Assembly (NCBI GenBank): GCA_964057225.1
Contig: OZ059896.1
Location: 9,238,001-9,302,000 of the forward strand
Origin: Auanema rhodensis
Lineage: Eukaryota > Animalia > Nematoda
Direction: 5' to 3'
Length of the DNA: 64,000 nucleotides
Shown here one piece after another: positions 15,411-28,600 of this stretch (its first letter is position 1; each line of letters opens with the position of its first letter). Under the pieces are notes generated by a model that worked only from the letters and a program-made list of their open reading frames with translations, was not told the DNA's origin and did not search any database. A program made the position numbers and the translations under genes.

Positions 15411-18400
15411 TTAATGATAGATTTTATTAAAAAGGCTTTGGCTCTTCTTGATTACTAGTCAAATTATAATCCTGTTGTTTGCTTGTACTATTTTGTTCTA
15501 CCGAACTGCATATCATGGATGCTCAATTAATGTTAAAAAAGAGTTTACTATTGGTTTCATCAATTTATTCTTTTATTTAGCCTTCGCAAATAAAGAACAA
15601 AATTTTTTAGATCCAATGTTAATTCTGTCTCACTTTGTATAAAAATTTTGTAGGTTAACGCAGAGTTGTCTCTTTTTTTCTGACATTCTTACTTTAGCCT
15701 TCTCTTAATTCGAATATTTTTCTAATAACTTATTATCTGTGATTGTTGACGTGTGATGTAGAAATAAATTGCAATAGGTTCCTTGTAGCAAATCATATAA
15801 AGAATTAAATATTTTAAACCTTAAGTAAGTTTATAGAAATATCTGAAAAGAGTATCGTCGTCGCTGTCGTTTCGAGGACTTCAATCAAAACTTTTCATTT
15901 TTTTATCAAATTGTTTAATATGAACACATATAAATACCTTCGTTTATATAAAAATTTGATATGAATCCTTTCTATTTCTTCATAAATCCGTACGAAGCAA
16001 TCTGAAGATTAAGTAAATCTTTTAATTACCCTGCTCTTCTATTGATCTTTCGATAAATCTTTCTGGGTTATTACGTTTATTATTTATGAAATACCGTTTT
16101 ATAGCATTCCACTAACATAACCTGTAGGTTGACAAGTTTCAAATTTTAATGAATATTTTTTGAAACTGCATGAAAGCAATCAATAATATAGGAAACTGGT
16201 TATTGAATAGAAAGAGTTCCAATAATAATATAGTATGTAGATCTCTCTATAAGATATAGAATAGAACATTTTCATTATTTCAAGTACTATATTCATTCAT
16301 CTAATACGAAACATCAGATATAACATAGATATGAAAGTCATAACCATGTTATTCGTTCGAATTTCTCACACTCAGGGAAATCAAGTCGTGGAATGCAAAC
16401 TTTCAAGCGACACTATACGAGCAAATATCCCACAAACAATACGTGTCATCTTCATGTTGTATCCAAATTTCAGTTTTATAATAACTATTGTATATACACA
16501 TATACATAGCCTTTGAAAAATAGTTCAACTGTTTTTTCAATAACTTGCATCACTCATTCTGCTCAAAAATTTTAATTTTAGCATTGTTCTACATGTTTTC
16601 AGATGCAACATTGTTTTTAAGAACCATATCACTTGACTGTATAAGTGTAATGATATATATTATACCTTTTAAAAAAATAAGAAGAGGTATGTAATATATA
16701 AAGATATTATTTTAAAAATATTTTGTATCAAACACAATTTATAGTCTAGCTATTATATACAAATGTTTTATTTTTCTTGTATGAATACAAGGCATATAAT
16801 TATTTAATTTCAAAATAGTTCAATATATTATTATAACAAAAAAAAGTCTTATGATTGATTGTGTTATGCCATATTTTGCACAAATATGTGAAAGAAAAGT
16901 GATACGACTCAATATAGTATTGATCATCAATTTTGTCTTTATTTTTGAATTTGTAGCTTCTCTCTCTCATAACATTTTATTGGTTGTCTATCTGATTATA
17001 TTTATTATAATATGTATATTCTTAACCAAGATTTCAAAAACATGGTAGATTCAATTGGTTCTCTTTCCAATGAATATGTCTGATTCAACTTGTATACGAT
17101 AAAATCTATTAAAGATAGAAACGATACGTATATAGAATGAAAATATAGTATATTGATTTAATCATATTCGCATAATTTCAAAAGATATTTTAAGATGTAA
17201 CTTTGAAAACATATACAAGATTTTTTGTTTTTTCTATTTCTTTTTAATTTCTTCTTTAAAATTATTTAATATTATCTTTAACATTAATTTCCTGTTTCAT
17301 TTGGCTTTCAACTCTTTTGAGCTTTTCACTTTCTTTCCATATACTCTGAATAATTGTTTTTTTTCTATGAACGAAAATAGCTTCAATTCTTAAGCGATTG
17401 GCTTATCATAATTGCCATAAAAATATGTTTTGATATTATTTCAGCCTGCTTTTCAATTTCGGTATATTCCATTATCGCCCATTTCAGCTTGCATAATTTA
17501 CATTCATATTCGAGATCTCTTATTCCTTTCTTGTATTCAATTTGTTTGTCATCTCTACATGGTATACACCGCCTTTTCTCTTCTTTCCCAGACTCTCATT
17601 CTCTATTCCCTGCTCACTTTATCTATCTCTTTCTCTCTTTATCTTCCTCTCACTCTTTCTTTTATGTATTTCATACTGTTCTCTGAGTCTATAGGTTCCA
17701 ATATGACGTGGCATCACATCAAAAGCAACCAAATGGATCATTTTAGTTCCCTAACTATCAACACTCAAATTTACGATAAAAATGTTCATCATGTTATTTT
17801 ATTAAGCATCTTCTTAACATTTGCTTTAGGAAATATAAAATGTATGTTTTGACTCGTAAAAACGTAAACCAGTGGCTACTAGTTGTACTTATTTTCCATT
17901 CTAGCTTTTGCTGTTTTTTTTTGTTTCTAAGGCATATAACCTTATACGATGTATCTTTTTTTATTTTCGTAATATGTTCATTGTTTGAATTTGAACGCAC
18001 TAAGCTCATTATGTCTTTTTGCTTTTGAGCCCGCTGGTTAGACCCCGTCGCCAGGGATACAGCCATAGCGACGGATATGTGCAAGTGGACAGGCTTAACC
18101 AGATATAAGAGTAATGAATTGGTGAGAAGATAGCTCTTGGGACAGGTTCACAGATTGAGTTTTCTCCTCCTATTATAATCCCCTATGGCTCACTATTAAC
18201 TGAATTTCCAATTTAGCACCATATCCTATCGATATCAGGAAATGCATTTTAGATATTGAAAAAGCTTGCAACACAGCAATCAATATAAATATATATATAT
18301 ATTGTATAATTTATTATCTTTAGATTGTAACCATGATGCTAAGTTAGATTTGATTCGTTTAGCTACTCGTCATAATAATGCCCTTATTTGGAATGAAAAG

Positions 18401-18563
18401 ACTGATTGATAAGGTTATTTGAACAACTGATCAGGCCATCCTGAGCCAATATCACATGCAAAAGCAATCTGTATCTGTTCTCATAGCTATTGGTCAAGTA
18501 TAAACTATATTGATGAGTATTCGTCGTATATCAATACAAATATTGCGTTTTACATTACTTTTA

Positions 18564-18567
<4 letters not shown>

Positions 18568-18601
<34 letters not shown>
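18568..18601. repeat. (TA)n microsatellite
   Basis: Directly visible. Confidence 0.95.
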
Positions 18602-18603
<2 letters not shown>

Positions 18604-20147
18604 TTTTTAGTATTTTCTTATAATCTATAGAACATATAATTATAATAATACAGCAATTATTACTTATCATCTTGTTCAACATCAACTGTTTATCACAGTT
18701 CTATAGAAGATAAGTAAGTACTATTAAAATCTCAGCATAGATTTTTAAATAATTATCACCCCTATCATGAAATAATTTGTGTTTCCACCATTTATTTTCA
18801 CTATTAATTCAATTTCTCTACTTTCTTTCATGGATTTCGTTATGCTTTTATTTGAATTCAGCTAATAGTGAAGTCGACGATTACCTAACGCTTCATTTGA
18901 AGAATTTATATGTTTGCTGAAGGGTGGGAAGTCAAGCTCAATGTTAGAAGAGATTGACAACAATTATTCAAAAGAGACATATGAGAGAAAGATGAAGGAA
19001 AACAGATGATTTTCAGCCTCACCTCCAGGTGACAATGGTCAAGCTTGGCGTTATAGGTCTGTTTACCTTTCATTCATCATTTCACTTTATCATTTCATAA
19101 TAAGTGAAATTCGTTTATCGAACTACCAATCAATATTTTTCAAATATTGGTTTCATATTTCCAACAAAAAAAATATTTATGTTATGTTTATATAGTAGTG
19201 AATGTCTTTACAAATATTTTGTTGTACAAGGGTAGCCTAAATACTTATTTGATTATATAGCTCTGTGTGGTTGTATCAAGTACGAGCTTTATCTTTGGTA
19301 TTGAAGCTCTAACATTACTAATTGTTCTTTGTCTTCTTTGATGTTTTAGTAGAAAATATATCTGAAGAGTTCAGTGAAATCATTATTTCATGTATGGTTA
19401 TCGTCTTGGCAACGGCCTTCGTCTGAGTTTACAATATACAATTCAGGTTACTCTATTGTGTTAGTTATGTCTGCTGAGAACATGAAGAAAAGAAATAATC
19501 GAAGGACTTGTGGCCTGATGACTGTCCTTAGTAGTTGACTGTCATCATGGTTTATAAGTAGTGAATATGTTTGTCTGTCTATTGTAAACTTAATCTTGTA
19601 TATTATATCTGGAATATATTATATTTTTTTTTATTTTCGTTTTCTCTTCAATTTTCTCTTCAATTCTTTCTTTTTCGTTTTATAACCGTTAAGTGTATAA
19701 TGTATTAGTCATGAACTTGTATATGATGATGTGAACTTTTGTGTAAAATATACATTCCAGAAAATAAAAGAGGACAAGAAAGGAGAGAAGGATCAACTCT
19801 TCACATATATGAGTAACACTCTGTGTTCCGTCTTTCCGGATACCATTGTCTTTCCTCAGCAAGGCCAATCCCACCCTTTCTATCCCTAACCCTCTTTCTA
19901 TCTCGCTACTGCTCTTTATTTTCCTATTTATAATGATCAGTGTTGTGAGGCTGCCTCTTCATATTCAGCCGCTTGGCCACCTGTCTCCTCCTGACTAAAT
20001 ACAGAAAGCCACCTGTAATTCGTAGTTTATGTCTATTAGATGATCCTTTATGTTCTAACCTTTGTATCATATCTCACATATATGTAAGTATTCAACTCTG
20101 AGCACAATCATATTCTCATCATTTTCATATATCTTCTTCATTTGGTC

Positions 20148-20215
20148 GAGACCTGGATTTATTGTGTGCTCTAGACTGTATGGGATCTAGCACCATATAA
20201 ACACAGGCCTTGCTC
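20148..20215 (+). ncRNA. mir-83: microRNA precursor of the miR-83/miR-29 family
   Basis: The 3p arm TAGCACCATATAAACACAGGCC (20188-20209) carries the AGCACCA seed and matches the first 14 nt of C. elegans miR-83 (UAGCACCAUAUAAAUUCAGUAA, from memory). The 5p arm CCTGGATTTATTGTGTGCTCTAGA pairs with it and resembles miR-83-5p. Confidence 0.88.
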
Positions 20216-20690
20216 ACTTGGTAAAGAAGTGTATGTAGTTGATTGATTTTTCCTTTTATTCTATATTATTCATTATAATTTAATATTTATTATTATTATT
20301 ATAATATATTTATTTTATAATATTAATGATATACACTTATTAACAACAATTGAGCGATATTAAAGGTTGTATGGGGGTGATATAACAATAGATTCCCGAA
20401 ATATTCAATCATATAGTCTTTGAGACTTTCATTATAGCTACAAGTAAGAGTAACTTTTAATTTATATTCATCTAATGGCCGGTTAATAAATGTCAGCCCA
20501 TAAACATTTTGAGCATAAGCTTTATGCTTCAAAAAGCAAAATATTTTTTCATAATTTTTTTTCGTTTTTTATAAAACAGAAGCATATTTTCAGCCACACA
20601 AGTCAACACTGAATAGGTCAACAAATTAATTTGTAATTTGTCGTTTTCGATTATTAGAAGCTTAAATATTTGTTCTAAATATCTTATAAT

Positions 20691-23434
20691 CTAAATAAAT
20701 CGTTCCTGTTTGCATGAATCAATAAAATGCCAAATTTGTTGACAGGTAGCACCTGGGGCAAACATCTGAAGCATAACACAATTATTCCTAGCCCAAGCAG
20801 ATATATCAGTAATTCCAAACTGTGAAGCGATAATTGGAATCCTTGCGCAGTTTTCAGATGATGCTTTCTAAAATATTAGCTTGAATCATATAGATATGTG
20901 AACATATGTGTAATATGAGTGGATAGATTTGCTACATGTAACTGTAAACTTGACTTTTTTTAAAATTTAATAATACAAATGTCCACTTTCATTATCACAT
21001 AATATAATATATTCATAAGTTATACCTCCATCATTGCAGTAGAAGTCATTGATTGAGCTTGTTGATAAGGTCGAGGGGAAGTAGCCATACGAGAAAGCGG
21101 AGTTAATGTTGCATCAGATAAGTGAGGTGAAGATGTTGTTCGCAGGGCATAGTGAGGTGATAATGGATTAGGCACATGTCTATTTGAATGAGGTTTCTGA
21201 TCACTAGCTGCTAGTGGAAGAGGTATTTTCTCTTTTTTCCTTATTATCTGTGGCTCAACACGTAACGGAACATATGATGAGCTAATAGCTGGCTTATTGA
21301 ATTCACCATCTACATTTATTGGCTGAAGATGTTGCTTCCAATGCTGAATAAGAAGATAAAAATAGAAAAATATTGAACTTTAAAACCATTTTAGTGTTTG
21401 GAGGAAAATATTTTCCTTTTATTAGTAGTTTTTTATCAGATTCCGCATCAACAATTTTCTAGAAATAATTTTTTTTGTTCATAAACCTTTAAAAAAATGG
21501 TTGATATACCTGTGGCATTTCTGATATTTCTGATGTATGATACATTGGTGAAACTAAAATATCATTTTAAAATATTATTATTTATATTGTATATTCTGAA
21601 CCTTTTTTATAACTAGCTGGTGAATATCTTCGATCCTGAATATCATCAACATATAGCTTATCATATATCTCCTTAGAAACAATAACTTGAAACATTTTGA
21701 AAGAAAATATGTCTTACCTTATGATTATCAAAATCATATATATCTGTTTTCTTATTACTAAAAGTGTTACGATGCTTATTAAAACTTAAAGTTGTTTTTC
21801 CCATAAATCCTGGAGGGAAGTTACGTCTAAATTAAAATATTTTTTTGAAAAAAATTAATAATTCTTAATAATTACTTTAAGAAGTAGTTATCAATAGCAG
21901 AACGAGATGAACTGGCAATTTCTGGATTTGATTCCACAAAAGATGTATCGGCCGTAGGTTTCATAGTTGTAAGAGGAGATACAATTTTCAAAGCTTCTGA
22001 AGTTGGTAATGATTTCCTTGTCATTGGTCTGGCTGTTGTTTTTGTTTGTGTAGTATTAGATAAATAAAGTAATTCAATTAAACGATCATTTCCACTTTCA
22101 TCATCTATTTCAGGATCTTGCATTGGAGACTGTAACACAAGTTTTTTGAAATTTATTGAGATTTATGAAATTTACCTTGAGGATTGTTGACGTTATAGTA
22201 CTAGTTAGAGGTGCAAGGGTTACTGTTTTAGAAGTTGAATATGACTTGAACTTTTTAATTTCAACTTTTCTCAATTTGCTTTTAGATGATTTAGAAAGTT
22301 TTTTCTTCTTTTTCTTCATCTTTGTTTTTAACGGATAAGTAAAACTAACTGGTATTCTTGAATTACTCTGAAATAGAAGAATTTATTATTTAACTTGTAA
22401 ATTGAAACTTTACCATAGTTTTTACTCCATGAGCTCGGGATTTATGCTTAATGTGTGATACACCATCTTGAGAATTGTTTATTTTTGGAAGTTGTGTAAC
22501 TTGTTCATAACCAGCTGGTGGTTGTCTTGTAGTAAATATCCGACCTCCATTTTCTGAGTCTTCAATTACATGTCCATACTCATCAATATTCACATATTCT
22601 TCAATACATCGATACCTAAATATTAACAAATACTTTATTTTTAAATTGTTACTATTCTTTTCAAGTATTATTTCAGAAATAGATGGTCAAAATGTCTAGA
22701 CAATTCGTTTAAGACATTTAATACTGAAAATCCTTAAAGTAGGGATGTTCGAGCGGGGATTAACACAGAATAAATTATATAAGATATAAGATCAACTAAT
22801 TTTTCTGCTCATGATATATACCATTCTTTCTTATTTTCTCAATGAACAATTTCCGAATAAGGATTAATAGTGTAAATAAAAATAAAATTAAGGTTAATCG
22901 CTATGAACTTACGCTTTGAAATTTGATTCTGAGTGAAAAATTAATAAAATCCAGAATCGTATTTACCCCAAATACTTTGGGAATAAATTTCGCAAACTAC
23001 AAAATTGTCCGAGAAAGTAAAATAGCTTATAGCACGTGTGTTAACTACATTCAACTAGATCTTCTAATCCGGTATTCCCGATCTTGAATAGGTTATCCGT
23101 GTTACCTTTCCAAATTTTTACTGACCAAAGATGACAAGATACATACTAAGTAGTAAGTTCTTTCAAGTTCCTTTCTCACTTTTAAGTTCTAGATTCTTTC
23201 AAAATTTCAGAGAAATTAATGAATTTAGATAATACAAGTAATTCACAAAGTAAATATATACTTAAACTTTTCTTACCTTTTAATCTTTCCTTTGTATAAA
23301 GTAGTTCGAGTATATTTGAGACGATCATTAATACTATTTAATTTTTCTTCAAAATGTTCCAAAATCTTATTTTGAAATGTTGTCTGTATCATTAGCAGAA
23401 ATAAAAATATGATACATTTTGATATAGATGCCAT
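20691..23434 (-). CDS. Secreted mucin-like apical ECM protein with a C-terminal cysteine-cradle domain
   Basis: TTTCAG acceptor then signal peptide MASISKCIIFLFLLMIQTTFQ; Thr/Ser/Lys-rich middle exons. The last exon reads CARIPIIASQFGITDISAWARNNCVMLQMFAPGATCQQIWHFIDSC, the four-Cys pattern of the aECM cysteine-cradle domain. Confidence 0.8.
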
Positions 23435-25340
23435 GTATGTGGCTGAAAATAATATATATTTACTTAAAAATTCAAAAAAATAGGTCATATTAACTGAAGA
23501 ATAATTTTTTTAACTTCAAAGAAAACGATGTTACTATTATAACTGAGGCTAAAAACCAGAAAAAAAACATTTTTAATATAGATAAATGTAAACAAGTACG
23601 TAATATTTAACAATAAAATGAGGTTGATGAGAATGTACTGAGAGAATGTTGTAAAGGTCTTCTTCACAAGTAGTAAGTTATCAAGAAAATTAGGTGAAGA
23701 TGCTAGATAAGAATGCAGATATTTCAATATGAAACACCCAAATTTTCAAGAAGGAAATGAGTTTGAAAACGGCAGTAAAGATTAGAAGGTCAAGAAGTGA
23801 TTGAACTAGCAATATGGGGAGGATGACCAGCATCCGACTAATAAAGGTTATATCAAGAAAATAGTAGACCCAAATAGTGAAATATGTCTCTGTGGTTATA
23901 AAAAAGGAGTTCGTGAAAAGTAATATATTCATTCCAATTCCAATGTTTTCCGTCAAAGAATAAGTATAGATTGGTTTTTACGATAAAAGTTTGAATAAGT
24001 GTTTTCTTTGGTTTAATAATATTATATAAATGCTTTTAGATTTGTTACTTATACCAATCAAATGCTACAAAAGTCACAAAAAAAGGATATAAAACGAGAA
24101 TTCATTAAAATAATATCATCAAAACATTAAATTCAAAGATAAATAAATTTAAAGAAATGTCTTTGGTTGCATCAGAAGTCTTTCTAAGAAATTGAAAATG
24201 TGAAAAGAGAGAAATTAATACCGATTAGATGAGCAAAAAAAATAATAAAATACGACGTAGTTCTATGAAGCAGCTATAATTGCTCTTAGTGACCTTAAGA
24301 AAAAACTATTTTAGTTCTATAATAGTCGTATTCAAGTAATAAGGAAATCGAGAATCTCTTTTTTTTTAAAATGAGTTCGAATGTTATAGTCTTTCGGAAA
24401 ACGGCGATGAGCGTAAGTCTGTAAAAAAACAAAATAATTTCTTTAAATGCTAAGGATATCTCTTTCAAACTCAAAAAATAAAAGATTTATTACTACACAA
24501 GTTCGAATATAAGGCACAGCTCACCAGTACTATCTTTGTCTTTATATACTTCTGTCATAGTTGTATATGAGGTGAATAAACGAACGCAATTCGCAACCTC
24601 GTTATGAATCTAGTCAAAAATCTTGAAAAATAAGAGTAGTTTTTACTATACATAGTATGTACATTCTTATTTTCTTTACAATAAAATAATATTTAGCTAA
24701 GTTTTTAACTTTTTTTTTGTTGTCACTTATTACTAAAATGGATACATACCATACTATGCACGTAAATACAATTCTATATAGACTTATCTATACAGCTATT
24801 TTAAATTTTGTTCTAAATTGGAAAAAATAACATAAATAATTATGATAAATATAAATTAGTTTCAAGAAACAAGCAACACTAGTCTATTAACTAAACTACT
24901 AACTACAATCTTCATATTTCATTTGACCTATTCCTTTTATGAGAATGAAGAGTTGAACAATACATTGACCATTTGACATGAGGAGTAGTAGTGTTAGGTA
25001 CTCAGTCATAAGACAACAGAACTAGGAATTTGACATCGTTTTCATATTATATAATAATCGTAATGAAGTGAATATGAAGATTTTGTAAAATTTATAAACT
25101 ACTTATCAAAGCTAAGCAATTAGTCATTGAAATTGATATTTCATACAAATGATTTTATTTTTCTCACGTCGTTCTCTTATATTCCTCTGACTAATTGTTT
25201 CATATGTTTCAAAACTGGATTTAGTGAGAACATTTTGGATCCTCTTGTTAATTGGATATATACACATGTATCAAATAACCAGAATATGTACAGTTATGTT
25301 CTTGACAATTTGAGGAAAATAAGTTTATTAGCAAGAAAGA

Positions 25341-26323
25341 TCAGTTCTTTGCCGATTTGCTTCTTGTAGGGCATGGACAATAGTTGGCATCTTCTCCAGG
25401 AGAACCAACTTGACCAGCATGACCATCGAAACCAGGAGAACCCTCTGGTCCTGGCTCTCCCATAGGCCCTGAAGGTCCTTGATTTCCTGGCATTCCCTAG
25501 AAGAAATATTACACTATCAACAAAGAAGAGTTTTAATTTACTTGATTTCCATTGTTTCCTGTTGGTCCCATATTTCCTGGAGGTCCACGAGGGCCTGGTT
25601 CTCCAACAGCTCCTGGAGCTCCTTTTCCTCCCTTGATTCCGTCTTTTCCTGGTTCTCCTGGTACTCCCATTCCTCCTGGTCCTCCTGGTTCTCCTTGATG
25701 TCCCATGTTTCCTGGTTGACCTGGATGTCCATTTGGTCCTGTGTTTCCTGGGCGTCCGTCTGGTCCTCCCTCTCCTGGGGATCCTGGTGGTCCTGGTGGT
25801 CCTGGAACTCCTGGTGGACCTCCTGGACACATGCGACATTGTTGTTTATGGTCCATATTGATTGATGGGAAGTTTCCAGCAAGACCAGGACCTCCTGGTT
25901 CTCCAGGAGATCCAGGAGTACCGTCTTGGCCAGGAACACCAGGTTCTCCAGGTGGTCCGGCTGGACAATCATTTTGTTCATTACATTCTGAAGAGTTATG
26001 AAAAGATCAAAGAATTGGATATCTTCCACTTACGACAAACTCCTGGATCACCGTTTTGTCTTTTTCTGCGAACGAATGGAATCATGCTATCACCAACTTT
26101 CTGTCCATGCACATTTGCCCAAATATCATTTTGCAAGTCCCGGAATTCATCCATATCCTATATATTGAAGTTTTCTTTTCTTAATTTTGGTTCATGATAC
26201 CTTATAAAGATCATCAGTGATAAAATTTATTTTTGACCATATTGTTGGGAGGAAAACGCCAACAAGTACCAGAACTCCAAGAGAGCAACTAATAGCCGTG
26301 TATGCGGCTAAGCGGGCCGACAT
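25341..26323 (-). CDS. Cuticle collagen
   Basis: N-terminal hydrophobic anchor [26 protein letters not shown], furin site RRKR, Cys cluster, interrupted Gly-X-Y blocks, and C-terminus [15 protein letters not shown]. Confidence 0.95.
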
Positions 26324-26442
26324 CTGAAATAAATTTAAGATTTTATGTATTATGATGTAAGGTTAAAAAACAATTGAATAAAGATATGACGTAAAAAGGT
26401 TGTTTGAGAAGAATTTCGGTTAGGCGAATGAAGTGGAACCAT

Positions 26443-26452
26443 CCTTTTATAG
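26443..26452 (-). promoter_or_regulatory. TATA box of the collagen gene
   Basis: CTATAAAAGG on the minus strand about 120 nt upstream of the ATG; a TGATAA GATA site lies near 26548. Confidence 0.55.
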
Positions 26453-27484
26453 ATATGCCAAGCCCAGCCCACCATAGAAGAAGCATCAATAACTAGATCA
26501 TCTTTGGAATGATATATATCCTGTTAACAACTAACTCAGTCAAGTTCTGATAGATTTACAAAATAAAATCAAAACCGAAACATTGAAATTCCGTTGTTTC
26601 ATAGGACTTTTGTACCATAACAACCTTAACGAAGAATGATGTACTACGTACACTTCCAAGATTTTCACGAATTCGATCACAAGCTTTTAATGTAAAGATC
26701 TTACTACATATTTTCCCTGCCAATTTTTTTGTTCTTTTTTATTATTGTTACTAATTAGATCTCAATTTTTTAGCTTATCCAAATCAACTTGTCGAAGTCA
26801 TACGATTGGAAAAGCGATTAAGTTGACATAGCGTTGTAAACGGTCACAATGGTGGAACGACAAAAGGCGTTATCAGATCGGATGAGTGATATTTATCTGG
26901 TTGAACACGGGAAATGAAATCAAAACGTGAAATAACTACACAATTTTATTCATATGTAAAGCCAACTTGAAATTTTACTGTTTTTCTTATTTTCATTTAT
27001 CTTCGAGAAAATATCTTGTATAGCTTGCAGTAACTTTTTTTGTTATCTAAATTAATAATTTATTATCACACAATATTATGTTTAAACTCTTTGATGACCA
27101 ATCAGGAAAATTATTTATTATTTTTATTATAAATATATAATATTAGCTACACAGAGAAGGCTATAATAAAAATAAAAAAATTTAGCAAGGATAATGTTAA
27201 CAAACAGAGCACGTGATGCTCAGTGCCAATAATATAGAAATTATTCTTCTATATAATATACATAATTTTTTAAAATAATTCAGAAGGAATTAAAGCCTGG
27301 ATACAATATACCAAAAGCCCTACTCTTATTCAGTTGACCACACTTAGAAAACCATAGCGTGGTATAGCCAATTATTGCGTACATTGATTACAACTATGTT
27401 ATTCCATGATATATACTTTTCTCATTCTTTTTACTTTATATCATTTAGGTTCTATGTTTAATTTTTACAGTTAATTATTTAATT

Positions 27485-28323
27485 ATGGACCAAGCTAAAA
27501 AGGAAAGCAACGATAGTGCAAGTGAAGATGATTTTTCTCCAAAAGTATTTTTTTTGCTTTAACTGTAGAAGTTATTTTTATTTTATAGCCTATTTTATCT
27601 GCTCAACTACCTGAATCAGATTCCTATAACGAAGGCTATGACTCTCTTACAGTTCGGTAATTTTAATTATTTTTTAAAAAAATATTAAATATTTTTTTAG
27701 ACGAAAGAAAAGAATGACCAGACGACACCGTGCAACAGCAATGGAAGTTGATCCTCAACCATTGGCAAAAAAAGGTTTTTAACCATATTTTTCTTTTAAC
27801 AAATAAACAATAATCTGTATAATTTTTATTATTTATTCATTTCATTTTCAGAAAAACAAATGGACGTGGACGGCGACGAATCTCATATATCTTCAAGTGA
27901 TACGGACGAAGAATTACAAGGAGGAGATGCCGATGATGAACAGAGTGATTGGGTTGGATATTCTGGAGCAGACGCTGACCCATTTGTTAGAAACATTTAA
28001 ATATTTACAAAGGCTAATTCAATATTTTAAGGACACACCTGATAGAAGAAATCGTCGTCTAAATCCAAAAAAACAGCTTTCTCAGCTTCAGAAACGCCTG
28101 GAACGTTTTGCTCTAGAGGGAGGGAGAGGCGAGATGGGTATTGAATTTAAAATTAGAGATCGACCAAATTCAGCTCAGGTACTTAAAGATTTAAGAGTTT
28201 TTATCAATAAATTTCTAGTTTAATCGTATGCTGCTGCAATATAGACTTGAAGTTGTTAAACGTCAACGGGGAAATGTTGTTTTAAGAAGGAAACTTAACA
28301 GTTGTGCTGGTGTTAAAGAATAG
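27485..28323 (+). CDS. GPATCH2/GPATCH2L-like acidic nuclear protein
   Basis: In-frame exons give MDQAKKESNDSASEDD..RRKKRMTRRHRATAMEVD..GDADDEQSDW..LERFALEG..FNRMLLQYRLEVVKRQRGNVVLRRK. DDEQSDW and the basic patch before MxVD recall GPATCH2-family motifs. Confidence 0.6.
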
Positions 28324-28600
28324 TATAAGGTGATTGTTTTCAAATTGATCTTTAAATGTGTGCTTTATTTTTTTAATTTCATTATTAATAACTTTTCATA
28401 ATTTTCCAAATTGTTTTCTTATAGCTAATATTATGTTTAAATTGTATGTATATAATTGTTCGGCCTTGATGCTGGCATCATCATAGCCTTATTTAATTTC
28501 TAATTTTGGTACCTAGTACATTTTTGTGAATTTATTAATAATAAAATAACAATATTTTACAAAAAAAAAGTACCCGTTAAAGTTTTTTATAATTTGAGAT

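Noticed and set aside
17430-18084. 140-aa and neighbouring hydrophobic ORFs
   Set aside because: Translation of pyrimidine-rich low-complexity DNA; no splice-consistent model or recognisable motif.
19515-19521. CTGATGA resembling a hammerhead core or snoRNA box C
   Set aside because: No correctly placed GAAA or box D; the motif is buried in the hairpin stem.
25294-26197. Several long overlapping ORFs on both strands
   Set aside because: They are shadow frames of the Gly-X-Y collagen codons.
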